Assembly: GCF_033153115.1 (NCBI RefSeq)
Contig: NW_026889794.1
Coordinates: forward strand, 6,324,001-6,388,000
DNA from: Saccostrea echinata
Taxonomy: Eukaryota
DNA: 64,000 nt
Direction of reading: 5' to 3'
The translations under genes and the position numbers were made by a program. The notes beneath the pieces were generated by a model. That model saw only the letters and a program-made list of their open reading frames with translations, searched no databases and was not told the DNA's origin. Below are positions 24,647 through 37,099 of this stretch, piece by piece. The stretch's first letter is position 1. Every line of letters starts with the position of its first letter.

Positions 24647-25051
24647 TAAATTAAAAATATGAGTTTAGGAATTTTTATAGTTGAAATTATAGTCCTATTT
24701 GCTATTAATGACAGTTTATTCCTTAAGAAGACTGATATGGATGTTAAGAGGATGACCATTTCTTTCAGAAGGGGGGTGTTGGGAAGTCTTGCAGATTTTT
24801 GAAATAAGTAATCTGATGAGAATAATTCATCTATCCTTGACTTGGAAGAAAATTATCTAATAGCTAACTGTGACTGGTGGTTCCCCTACCACTCCCACAC
24901 CCACTTACCCCCTGAAATATAATTTTCTAGTTTGGAACACACACCATATTTTTTTTCTTTTTGTCATTTTCCAGGGAAGAAATGAATTATCTTTCTCTGA
25001 TCATCTTACAAAAAATAATTGATATGGGTATAATATCCTACAGGAGCATGA

Positions 25052-25402
25052 AAACAAAGAAGATGTGTTTGTAAAACACTGATGCCCCCATATGGCAGCT
25101 TATGGCAAAAATTAAAAGTTTTTCAAAAGTAGTCAAACTCCAAAGTCAAGGTCAAAAGGTCAAAATTGTTGGTATCCAAACTAAGGTCTTGTCACAAGGA
25201 ATTTACCTGTAAAATTTGAAAGCCCTAGTATTAATTGTTCAAATGTTATGGCCAAGGTTAAAGTTTTTTTAAGAGTGGGTCAAACTCCAAGGTCAAGGTA
25301 AAAAATTTGGAAAGGTCCTGTCACGATAAATACACATGTGAAATATGAAAGTCCTAGAACCAATTGTTTATAAGTTTTAGTCAACTGCAAGGTTAAAGTT
25401 TG

Positions 25403-25447
<45 letters not shown>

Positions 25448-25680
25448 AAGAGTGAGTCAAGCTCCAATGTCAAGGTCAAGAGGTCAAATATGTTGATACC
25501 CAAAGGAAGGTCTTATATTGTCACAAGGAATACACATGTAAAATATTAAAGCCATAGTTCTAAGGAATCAAAAGTTAACTTATGGGCAAGGTTAAAGTGT
25601 TTGGACAAACAAACAGACAGACAGACGGATCTACAGAGCAAAAACTATATACCCTGGAATCTTTGATTATGGGGGCATAA
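25052..25680 (+). mobile_element. HINE with ~155-bp core repeats
   Basis: 5' ACAAAGAAGATGTGTTTGTAAAACACTGATGCCCCCA, repeated GGTCAAGGTCAA cores, a GACA microsatellite, and 3' GGGGGCATAA (inverted copy of ATGCCCCC). Confidence 0.75.
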
Positions 25681-25984
25681 TGAGCTGACTTGACAAAATT
25701 TTACCCACCCCCTCTTGGTCCCCAACCCCTTCAAAATCAAATGGTTGTCCCTTAAGTAAACAGCCTTTCCCATGTTTTTTTTTTTGGAGGGGGGGATATG
25801 TATGTGAGCACTTTTACCTTAAAACATGTATATGTTTCATAAATAAAAATCAATTATTATTAAGGAATTGCAACAGAAGAAAGTAACTGCTGTTATAACC
25901 ACCACTGGTATGGCCAGTCTTCAACTTGGATTTGATGCGACCAGGGATATACAGACCCTGAAACGTGCTACTACCCCACACGCA

Positions 25985-26185
25985 CGCTGCACGAACGGTA
26001 CACGCTCGCTACACGGTTTGCACGAAACGCTGCACGGTTTACACGAAACGCTACACGGTTTGCACGAAACGCTACACGGTTTACACGAAACGCTTTGCAC
26101 GAAAGGCTGCACGGTTTACACGAAAGCCTGCACGAAACGCTTTGTACACGTTTCTCACACGCTTTGTACACGATTCTCGCACGCT
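25985..26185. repeat. 21-bp minisatellite (GCTACACGGTTTGCACGAAAC)n
   Basis: Directly visible; gives 7-aa periodic ORFs. Confidence 0.9.
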
Positions 26186-28404
26186 TTGGCCTTGATCTGG
26201 ATTTTCTATTCGGAATCTCTCGGACTTTATTTCAATTACTACGGATTAATCAAAGATTAGTTAAGAATTGCAATCATTCACATTAAGATTAGAACTCGCT
26301 ACACCAGTACTATATTTACAGATAAAATACTCAATGTTCAGTTGTAATTAATTAATAGTTGTCACTGAGTATGTGACCCGCGCGGTGAAATGCTTATCAT
26401 CGTCTGTGTACAAACCTTTTCTCACTAGACTCTAAATTACGCACTGAAAAAAATAATTATATTTGTAATTCATAATCTTTTACAACATTTATTGTTTTTA
26501 CAATTATAGGTTGATATTTAAAATGTCGTTTTATTACTGACAAATAAACTGTTATTGATTTGAAAAAGAAAAAAAAATATTAAATTGCGTATGATTTCTG
26601 TAAACGGATTTATTTTCTTTTCCTTTTTTTTTAATTATTGATTGATTTATACATTTTTTTATTTAATAAAAAAAAAATAATTTCATTTGATTTAATAAGG
26701 TTCTGTTTAGAATTTGCAAAGGTAATAAGTAAACTGTATCAAACAGGAACATTGTGCAGGAAAAAGGGGGGGGGGTAGATTACCGAGATCTTACTGTTGT
26801 ATCTTCAAATTTGTACATGTTAAATATAACAGGCACTTGTTTCAGTAAGTATACCATCGGGGAAAAATTATCATAGAAACAAGTGCCCGTTCTAAGAAAA
26901 TAAAAGGATAGCCATATCCAGCGGGACCCGATACGTGCAATTCATTAAATGCACATTATTCAGAATGGTAAGTATATCGTTTCATTACAGAGTTAAACCT
27001 TAATTTATCATTAAAATTTTACATGATAGAAAAGCCGGGGGATAGGTATTGTAATTATTTAGTTCTCTGTTGAGGCATTGTGTTTATCAAATAAAAACAA
27101 TATACCCACCACCATTTCAAAGCCCGTCTAGACCAAAAAAAAAAAATTAAAAAAAAAAAAAACCAATAATTATGTAATCAATAGTCGCGGCTCTTAACAT
27201 TACCTTCAATATATATGTATACATGTCCAATCCTAAAAACTGAAAAAAATGCTCTAGAACTGCCTGATTAATAAAACAACTAATATATAATTATTCAGAA
27301 TTTATTTCTTTATAATTTTATTCACGAATACACTGGAAAATTAATTCACTGTTTACAGACAATAGGATAAATTTAAGAAATAAGATCCACGGGTATTTAT
27401 TTATACCCATTAAATACTAGTAAAACGTTCAATTTCACGAATTAAAAATCAATCGTTATTGTCGGGTGTCATCTTAGCTATGATTGACAAGAGATAATAG
27501 CAGAACAAGTTTAAGTCCCAGCACGCGGAGTCCGTGATCGCTGTTGTAAATGACCTTGATCACTGTCGTAAGAAGAGTGTTGATTCGAATATATTTTTAA
27601 GGGGTGCATCGGGCGCATCCCGAAAGAAACAATAATTTTTTTAAAAAAGAAAATGATCAATAAAACACTTGTTTAAAACAGAAACTCAATTTGATCATCC
27701 CCCCCCCTTCCCGGAAATATTTAACCCTGTATTTGCCGATGCATGTGAGTTATAATTCATTTATATGACTATTATAAATCAACCAATTTTATGAATAAAA
27801 AAGACTATAAATGACTCATCGTTTCAAAATTATTTGTATCACAATCTAGTAATATAAGAAAATTATGTTCGTTTATAAAGAAAATCAATTAACTGTGCTC
27901 CCGGCCTAGAATTCCAATACTTCACATTTATAGCAACGCACTAAATTTTACATTTTATTTTTCACTCCTGCAATATCTATCTATTATTTTGTATTGATCA
28001 CCGATATGTCCTTGTAATCTCTATATCCCATAATTGTAAAATAATGAAGAGATTCAAATAAATGAATGAAAAAGACAAGACCGGATTCCAAATGAATTTT
28101 CTTTAAAAAATGTTCAGTATTGCTCCCTTTAAAAAATGTATTGAATCAAATACCTTAAAATTTATGTGCATATAATTAATTACTTTTAACACATTTCTGT
28201 CCATCTTTATTGAAATAAAAAAAGAAAGAAAATCAAACAAATATGTAATACATTACCGAGTAATTTTATTTTGTTGTTTCCGAATTTTTTTCACCCTTAA
28301 AATGCCACCATTATATATCCGGATAATATTAGTTACAAACAACACAGAATGACATGTTGATCCATCGATAGCCATATTTAAAATAAAAGGACTTCCGAAT
28401 GAAT

Positions 28405-28630
28405 CGTACACGATTCTTGCACGAAAGTCGCACGTTTCTCACACGCTTCTCGCACGCTCGCTACACGGTTTGCACGAAACGCTTTGGAGCTTACACGAAA
28501 CGCTGCACGGTTTACACGAAACGCTACACGGTTTGCACGAAACGCTGCACGGTTTACACGAAACGCTGCACGGTTTACACGAAACGCTACACGGTTTGCA
28601 CGAAACGAAAGGCGCACGAAAGTCACACGC
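28405..28630. repeat. 21-bp minisatellite, same unit and same strand as 25985-26185
   Basis: Directly visible. Confidence 0.9.
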
Positions 28631-31600
28631 TTTTTTGGGGTAGTAGCACGTTTCAGGGTCTGTATGATGGACGATACTCCCATGCTACCCTCGAGGAACT
28701 ATTCCAGAATGACGACAATTTTGCAGCAGCGAAAAAGAGAATTGAACGCACAGAATGCTTGATAATAGATGAGATAAGCATGTTGTCAGCAGCTGTTTTT
28801 GACATGGTGGAATTTGTCTGTCGCATTGGGAAGAAAAAAAAACAGTGTTTTTGGAGGGATACAGGTATGTTCAAAATGAAAAAAAAAATAACAAACAGAA
28901 TAAAAGTACATGTAAGTGTCTTTCCTAATTAATGACATGATTTAAAATATCATGATTATGTGACGTCATCAAATGATCATTGGATTAAGTTCATTAACAC
29001 ACACTAATGCACTGTATTATGTAATGTTTATATGAGAACTTTGCTGAAAATGTCATTTATCCATGAACAATATTTATTTCACTTTAATAAATCGTAAGTT
29101 CTTTACTATAGGTCATAGGATGTGGTGATTTCAACAATTACCACCTGTCCCTAATCGTAGATACCAGGATGACGGACAGTACTGCTTTCAAAGTGCGAAC
29201 TTCTTCCCTCATCATATCAATTTGCATGAGGTAGATTTAATTATATCTTGCACCATTTTTATGTGAAGAGTGAAGATGGACTCTTAAAACATTGATGTGT
29301 AAATTTATGTCAATAATTTTTTTTTAATTTCTGTTAGGTTGTTAGGCAAAGTGAGCCTCTAATGATTAAAGCTGTGAACGAGCTCTGTGATGGGGAGCCG
29401 TCTGAGGAGACGGTGAAGTTTCTGCGAAGCCTTGACAGGTCTCTAGATGCCCCCACACAGGAAAATGTTTGGCACAAATTTTGATGCAAGCGTGATCAAT
29501 CAGGATACCTTGGAGGAGATGCCTGGGGCAACATTCCATTACAAAGCAACGGATGAAGGTACATGTTATTGTATTTATAGAGAATTTTTTTTATTAAAAT
29601 AGGTCAGTTTATAAATTAAAGTAATAAATGTATGGATTATTTAAGAATAACAATGTCAATTTGCCAATGAACTTTCATTGTATTGAGATATTTGAAATAG
29701 TTTCCATCTGTTGGTAAAAGAAATAAGACACCAGGTACAAATGCATGCAGTTGGGGACATGCATTCTAGGACTTAGTGTACAGAACATTAAATCCTAAAG
29801 ATTACATATATCAGGGTACAATAATACTGTTATATTATATGCAGATCTGTCTATTTTTAGAAGCAGTTGCACGAACATCCCCTAATATTAATGATATTAA
29901 AATGTTTATATTTATTTCTCTGTTTAATTTCAGGTGAAGTCAGAATGTTGCGTGATTGTACTGCTCCAAAGCACTTGGTCTTGAAAGAGGGTGCCAAGGA
30001 TATTCTTATAAAGAATATTGCAGATGGACTCTATAATGGTATGAAAGGAGTTGTTCACAAACTTCAACATGACAAACCCCCAATCATCAATTTTAATGGA
30101 AAACTATTTGAAATACCCAAAGTAAAGTTTGTTGTTTATGACCCACAGCAACGGCGGACATTAGCCTCTAGAACTCAGCATTAACAGTACACAGAGCGCA
30201 GGGGCAAACATTAGACTTAGTGGAAGTGGACTGCTTCTCTTTCTTTGCTCCTGGTCAAATGGGAGTTGCAGTTGGCAGAGCTAACAGGATAAGTGGATTA
30301 AGAGTTTTGAACTTCAACTCTACAGCTGCATTTACCAAACATCCTGATGAGGTTTTTGAGTTTTATGAAAGACCCTTTTTGCAGACTTTTTCACAGATCT
30401 GCATTGTTGTGAAAAACCAACCATATCAAAACTTTCCTCTCAGAGTTCAGGTGATGAGCCTTCTACATCAGGGGAACCCTGCTTGTCTGGAACAATTTTT
30501 GAATCAAGTGGAGATTTCCCTGAAATGGAGTCACCCTGGGATATACACGAATTCATTACAGCAAACCAGAAATGTCCATTCGTGATGGATTTCTCAAATG
30601 ACTTCTTTCACTCTCTGTCATTTGAAAGACGTGAATTTTTATATTATTACATTTTGAGCAAAACCCCCAAATCACCCCAAGATTGAACTGTTGCTTATAG
30701 TGAAATGAACACTTTTCTTTTAAGTGATAAACATACTTCTTCAGTGAAAACAATGTTTCAGAAAAATGAACTTACTAAAGAAGAATTCAACTTGTCTACA
30801 AAAATTGTTCTTTGGTTCATGGATAAAGAAGTAGGAAAGAAAGCAGAAGATGTTATTCAGGAACATATCAAGAAGACAAAAAAGTCCAAAAGTTCTCCAG
30901 AGTTATCTGCAGCAGCATTGGCAAAATTACGGTACCTTGCTGGAGCCTGTATTCAAAAGGTTGCAATTGTTATCCAAATTCTATTATTATTTTTATTTTA
31001 CTGTTTAACACGCATTCTCTGTAAGCACCAAGAAATCTTGGAAACGACATGTCTCGGATTTTGATGAAATTTGCACAACAGGTGTGTCTTGGTACAAAAC
31101 TAGCAAATATGGAGTCGGAAGTTCCACGCGTGCACTCGGTTGCCATGGAGACGGATCCATTGAATTTGGCCATTTTTGGCCATTTTTGACCAAATGAAAA
31201 CTTGAAAATTGAGGAAAAGTAAACAAATATTTATCGGTATCTAATACACTCAAACAAAAATCATTGGATCATATGATAACATGAACTTTTAAGGTACACA
31301 GGGCATATAATCATTTATTCTAGAAATATTCTCACTCTAAGAAAAAGGTCATGCAAACTGACATGTTTTCTGAAAATTTGAAAAATGGGGAATTTAGTAT
31401 TTTTTGAGATCTTTAAGGCTAAATAACAAAAATTGTCCGTGGAAGATTTCCAAATCTTATGTGTGTTTTTATACTGGAGAATTAGTAGTGTCATCTCATG
31501 AAAAAATATCGGTGGGCTTTTAATCCTATTTTTAGTAACATGTATCTATAAATAGATTTATTTTAGAAAAATGTAAAAAAATCAAATTTTGGCAAAGTTT

Positions 31601-33239
31601 TAGATGTCATTGCTGGATAATTAGGAAGTATATTGCAAAATTTAAGATGTTAATGAGAGTAGCTGGACAACACTAGCTGGAGTGGACAATGGTTGAGGGG
31701 GATTCCCATTTCTATTTATAGTATCAAGCACCTAAATATAGATATGTCTCTGAATATTGGGAAAATGACAGTTTTATGCTAATTGGAAGCTTCATAGAAA
31801 AAGTCTTAACAAATATTAAGCTTTCTACAATATGCCTTCAAAAAGAAAATGTGTTTGTACAATAATTGATACAATATTGAGGATCGACTCTTGTTTCTTT
31901 TTATAGCAACAATGGTCTAAAAATAGATTCCTCGAATTATCGAGAAAATGTAGATTCTTGCACTTTTTCAGGCAGTGTTGGATGGAAAAAATGCAGACTA
32001 ACTGTTATAAACCTAGTGCGACTGACAAGTACTAGAAACCATTTACTGAAATACACACTATTTGAAGGGGGTTCCCTTTTCTATTTTTAGCACAAACACC
32101 CATAAATAGAAACATCTCAGCATATGAGGAAAAATTACAATTTTCCACCAGTTGTAAGCGTCATTGAAAAAGTATTCACAAAATATACTGCTGTCTACAG
32201 TATGTCATGAACAAGAACATTGGGGTAATTAATAATTGACACAATATTGAAGATGGACTCTCTTTTCTTTTTATAGCAACAGTTGTCTAAAAATAGATGC
32301 AGTGAGTTATTTAGAAAATATAGATTCTTGCACTATTTCAGATATTATGGATTGAAAATTTGAATACTCTCTATTATAAACATTATGTGACTGACAAGTA
32401 CTAGAAACCATTGACTGAAATGCAAAATGTTTCAAGGGGATTCCCATTTCCATTTTTAGCACAAAAAATAAAAACTTAAATACGTCTTAGTATATGAGGT
32501 AAAATAAAAATTTCCACATACTGGAAGCTTCATAAACAATATTTACAAACAATTTACTATCTACAATATTTTAACAACAGGAACTGACAAGTACTAGTGA
32601 CCATTTACTGTAATGCCCTGTATTTGAAGGGGGTTCCCATTTCTATTTATAGAATCAAACACGTTAAAATTTACGTCCCAATATATGGGAATAAATAACA
32701 ATTCTTCAGTAAATAAGCTTCACAGAAAAAAAATTACAAAATAAACTGCTCTCTACAATATATCATTAACAATTAAGAACAGTTAGTCAATTAATATTTG
32801 ACACTATTTTAGGGGTGAACTTTCATTTTTTATAATAGCAAAATTGTCAAAAAATATCAAAATGCTGTGAGTTATCCAAAATATGTAAATTCTTGCATTA
32901 TTTCACACATAATGGATGAAAACTTTGCATCCTAACAGTTACTGTTATAACCGATATGTAAAAGAAAAGCACTAGTGACCATTTACTATGTAGATTCTTG
33001 CACTATTTACAGACAGTAAAGATAATTTTCCACCAATCAGAAACTCATAGAAAACGTATTTACAAATAAACTGCCCTCTACAATCTGTTAACATCAAGAA
33101 CATGTGACTAGACAACACTTTATATATTATTGAAGGTAGATATTCAATTCTTTTTAAAGCTATAATTGTCTGAAAAGAGATGCTGTGAATTATAGAGAAA
33201 ATGTAGATTCTTGCACAATATCAGATATTGTAACTTAAG

Positions 33240-34475
33240 AACCACTGGGCAGATTATCACAAAACTTAAATATATGCTAACATGGATGAAAATATGATGT
33301 AGATTAAAAATTGGTCAAGGCATCACCCTGGGGTATTATTATATTGCCCAATATAATGACTGGAATTAAGATTTTTTTTTTCAAATGATGCATCTTAGGA
33401 CCTCATGTCAAGTTGACTCAAAAGTAGGTCACGATGACCTTTTTTGAATTTTGCATGCATTCATCTGTCGTTTTATTTTGATGCATATCTCGGACACTTT
33501 GAAGTCTCTAATCATCAAAACTTATCAGTTGATGCATCATGGGGCCTTAAAATGTGTCAACGAAAAAGTAGAAAAGTCACCGTGACCTACTTTCTGAATT
33601 TTATGGCTAATCATTTTCAAATAAATTACTGTCATTATTTTAGATACTGAGAGGTTTAGACTGATTAAACCTTATAAGTTGCATTTAAATTTTGTCAGTA
33701 TTTATTTTCAAATCATTTTAGAGGCATATTTTGGACACTATGAAACCTAGCATCATTAAACATTGTCAGTTGATGCATCTTGAGTCCTCGGAATGTACCT
33801 ACTAAAAGGTAGATCACCATGATCTACTTTTAGAATTTCATGACGATATTTAAATATTTCAGATGGTAATTGGCTTAGATTCATCAAACTTTGTCACGTG
33901 ATGCATCTTTGGTCCTCAGGATGTGTCAACCAAAAGTAGGTCACTTGGATTTTTAAGGGAATATCTAAATATTTGAAAGAGTAAGAGGCTAATAATTTCT
34001 CATTTGATGCATCTCGGGATCCCAGACTATGTTAACCTAAAGGTAGGTCACATTGACTTAATTTTGGAATTTCACAGCTATATCTAAATATTTCTGATAA
34101 TAAGAGGCTTAGAGTCATCAAACTGTCGGTTAAAGCATCTTGGGTCCTCGAAATGTGTAAACAAAAATAGGTCACGGTGACCCAGCTTTGGATTTTTAAG
34201 GCAATATCTAAATATTCCAAATTATAAGAGGTTTACAATCATTAAATTCACAGAGTTTATCCAAAAGGTTGGTCACAGAGCTACTTTTGGGATTTCAAGG
34301 CTTTATCTAAATATATAACATACATGTACTAAAAAGCTTAGAATAGAAGTGATACGGTTGTAAAATTTATCAGAAGAGCGATCCTAGGCCCTTGGGTCTC
34401 TTGTTAAATTGCCATTTCATTGATCCGTTACAGAGTTATTCTCAGATGACTGTTAAAACCCTCTGGCCTCTTGTA
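33240..34475 (-). mobile_element. Nested HINE remnants with ~120-bp degenerate repeats
   Basis: Repeated GATGCATCTT...AAAAGTAGGTCAC units. Two minus-strand HINE 5' ends (...GGTCTCTTGTT at ~34395-34405 and ...GGCCTCTTGT at ~34466-34474). Confidence 0.6.
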
Positions 34476-34611
34476 TAACTTTGTTGCTATAAATAGAAAT
34501 GGAAATCCTCATTGATTTTGTGTATTTCAGTTATAAATAGAACTGGAAGTCCTCACTGTTTTTTGCGCTTGTCAGTTAATGGTAACTTGTACATGTACTT
34601 GTTAGTCTTAT

Positions 34612-35212
34612 TATGGATATTTTACTAGAAAAAGACTTTAATGGTAACCGAACAACAAAGCTTTATGATAAACGTGATGACTTCAATTTTTCAATCGTCA
34701 ACTTCCCTTACTTATGTAGCAATATACCCTTATCAACTGCATATGGGGTTTTTGTCTCCCAGTTGACTCGATACGCAAGAACATGATCTACGTATGAACA
34801 ATTTTTAAAACGAGGCAAGCTATTGACAAACAAGTTGATGAAACAAGGATATCAACAATCTCGTTTGAAGTCATCATTTGGCAAGTTTTATGGTCGGTAC
34901 AATGACCTTGTCAGCAAATACAACCTATCAGTAAGTCAAATGCTGACTGACGTTTTTCATACTAATTGTTAGGAAATTTTTTACACACTGAATTGTCTAC
35001 GGATTTTTCCGGGTTTTTTTTTTTGTTTTTGTTTTTTGATCATCACAAGGAGCACACAGCGGGTGTGATCGGTCGGCAGGGGATGCTCACTCCTCCATGG
35101 CAACTTATTCCACCTCTGATGTTTTTGGAGGTCCGTGTTTGCTCTGCTTCCGATTTGTATTGTCTAAATGGACTTCAAGCTTGAATACTGTTCGTTATCT
35201 CCATATTTCATT
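34612..35212 (+). pseudogene. Naiad-type PLE 3' fragment (RT thumb, stop, conserved 3' region)
   Basis: DILLEKD..G..TTKLYDKRDDFNFSIVNFPYLCSNIP...AYGVFVSQL.RYAR...LTNKLMKQGYQQSRLKSSFGKFYGRY...DVFHTNC*. No C-terminal GIY-YIG. Confidence 0.85.
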
Positions 35213-37099
35213 TCGTTTTCACCATTCAGTTAGTCAGCAAATTTTCCATCCATGATATCTCAAATAGTGCGAATTTACATAATACAGCATCTATTTTTAG
35301 ACAACTGTAGCTAAAAAAAAGAATTGTGAGCTACCTTCAATAATACATGTATGTAAAGTGTTGTATAAACAACTGTTCCTGTTATTATTGAAGTATTGTA
35401 GATAGCAATATGTTTGTAAAAATTTTTAATGAAGCTTCCAGTATGTGGAAAATTTTTATTTTACCTCATATACTAAGACGTATTTAAGTTTTTATTTTTT
35501 GTGCTAAAAATAGAAATGGGAATCCCCTTGAAACATTTTGCATTTCAGTCAGTGGTTTCTAGTACTTGTCAGTCACATAATGTTTATAATAGAGAGTATT
35601 CAAATTTTCAATCCATAATGTCTGAAATAGTGCAAGAATCTATATTTTCTAAATAACTCACTGCATCTATTTTTAGACAACTGTTGCTATAAAAAGAAAA
35701 GAGAGTCCATCTTCAATATTGTGTCAATTATTAATTACCCCAATGTTCTTGTTCATGACATACTGTAGACAGCAGTATATTTTGTGAATACTTTTTCAAT
35801 GACGCTTACAACTGGTGGAAAATTGTAATTTTTCCTCATATGCTGAGATGTTTCTATTTATGGGTGTTTGTGCTAAAAATAGAAAAGGGAACCCCCTTCA
35901 AATAGTGTGTATTTCAGTAAATGGTTTCTAGTACTTGTCAGTCGCACTGGGTTTATAACAGTTAGTCTGCATTTTTTCCATCCAACATTGCCTGAAAAAG
36001 TGCAAGAATCTACATTTTCTCGATAATTCGAGAAATCTATTTTTAGACCATTGTTGCTATAAAAAGAAACAAGAGTCAATCCTCAATATTGTATCAATTA
36101 TTGTACAAACACATTTTCTTTTTGAAGGCATATTGTAGAAAGCTTAATATTTGTTAAGACTTTTTCTATGAAGCTTCCAATTAGCATAAAACTGTCATTT
36201 TTCCCAATATTCAGAGACATATCTATATTTAGGTGCTTGATACTATAAATAGAAATGGGAATCCCCCTCAACCATTGTCCACTCCAGCTAGTGGTGTCCA
36301 GCTACTCTCATTAACATCTTAAATTTTGCAATATACTTCCTAATTATCCAGCAATGACATCTAAAACTTTGCCAAAATTTGATTTTTTACATTTTTCTAA
36401 AATAAATCTATTTATAGATACATGTTACTAAAAATAGGATTAAAAGCCCACCGATATTTTTTCATGAGATGACACTACTAATTCTCCAGTATAAAAATAC
36501 ACATAAGATTTGGAAATTTTCCACGGACAATTTTTGTTATTTAGCCTTAAAGATCTCAAAAAATACTAAATTCCCCATTTTTCAAATTTTAAGAATCCAT
36601 GTCAGTTTGCAGGACCTTTTTCTTAGAATAGGAATATTTGTAGAATAAATGATGATATGCCCTGTGTACCTTAAAAGTTCATGTTATCATATGATCCAAT
36701 GATTTTTGTTTGAGTATATTAGACACCGATAAATATTTGTTTACATTTCCTCAATTTTCAAGTTTTCATTTGGTCAAAAATGGCCAAAAATGGCCAAATT
36801 CAATGGATCCGTCTCCATGGCAACCGAGTGCACGTGTGGAACTTCCGACTCCATATTTGCTAGTTTTGTACCAAGACACACCTGTTGTGCAAATTTCATC
36901 AAAATCCGAGTCATGTCATTTCCAAGCCCTATAGTAAATTTGTTGGTGCTTACAGAGAATGCATGTTAAAAATGTATAAAAGAGTAGACATTGTTCTGAA
37001 GTATTTTTATTTTTATTGTGCATACGGTATGTGTGTATGTGTAATTTTTTTTTAATCTATATGACATTGCACTTAACACCACATTTTTTTTATTTTTAG

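Larger units (their letters stand above)
25952..28662. mobile_element. Non-autonomous TA-TSD TIR element inserted in helicase exon 2
   Basis: 27-bp TIR CAGACCCTGAAACGTGCTACTACCCCA with a TA TSD. Removal restores GIYDGRY. 21-bp subterminal arrays at both ends. Confidence 0.9.
21729..30965 (+). pseudogene. Spliced PIF1-family (SF1B) DNA helicase, decayed
   Basis: Exon 1 21729-21856 (HSFIITGQCGTGKTYLL, Walker A). Exon 2 ~25856-25951 plus 28665-28864 (TTTGMASLQLG; LIIDEISML; FGGIQ). Exon 3 29112-29230 (GDF.QLPPV). Exon 4 29338-29558 (VVRQ; TN). Exon 5 29934-~30965 (LYNG..G.V; TVHRAQGQTL; PGQMGVAVGRA). The downstream introns are GT-AG; the exon 2 acceptor is lost. Confidence 0.9.
31009..36965. 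mobile_element. Foldback element with ~1.6-kb TIRs and a TTAA TSD (piggyBac-like termini), non-autonomous
   Basis: TTAA|CACGCATTCTCTGTAAGCACCAA ... TTGGTGCTTACAGAGAATGCATG|TTAA. 31009-~32585 pairs with ~35375-36965. Internal ~370-bp subrepeats (CTGACAAGTACTAGAAACCATT at 32022 and 32391). Confidence 0.88.

Noticed and set aside
25868-28932. Repeat proteins or a CRISPR-like array from the many periodic ORFs
   Set aside because: These are head-to-tail 21-bp repeats without unique spacers, inside a TIR element, and open in several frames only because the unit lacks stops.
21729-30965. Helitron, or the host PIF1 gene, as the source of the helicase
   Set aside because: No HUH Rep domain or TC...CTRR ends were seen. 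The gene starts only ~25 codons before Walker A, directly inside a TIR, within a TSD-bounded insertion in a Gypsy integrase. It carries several disabling lesions.
31005-36934. Duplicated small genes (31005..31253, 36710..36934, 35873..36079)
   Set aside because: Chance ORFs in the foldback arms with no recognisable domain.
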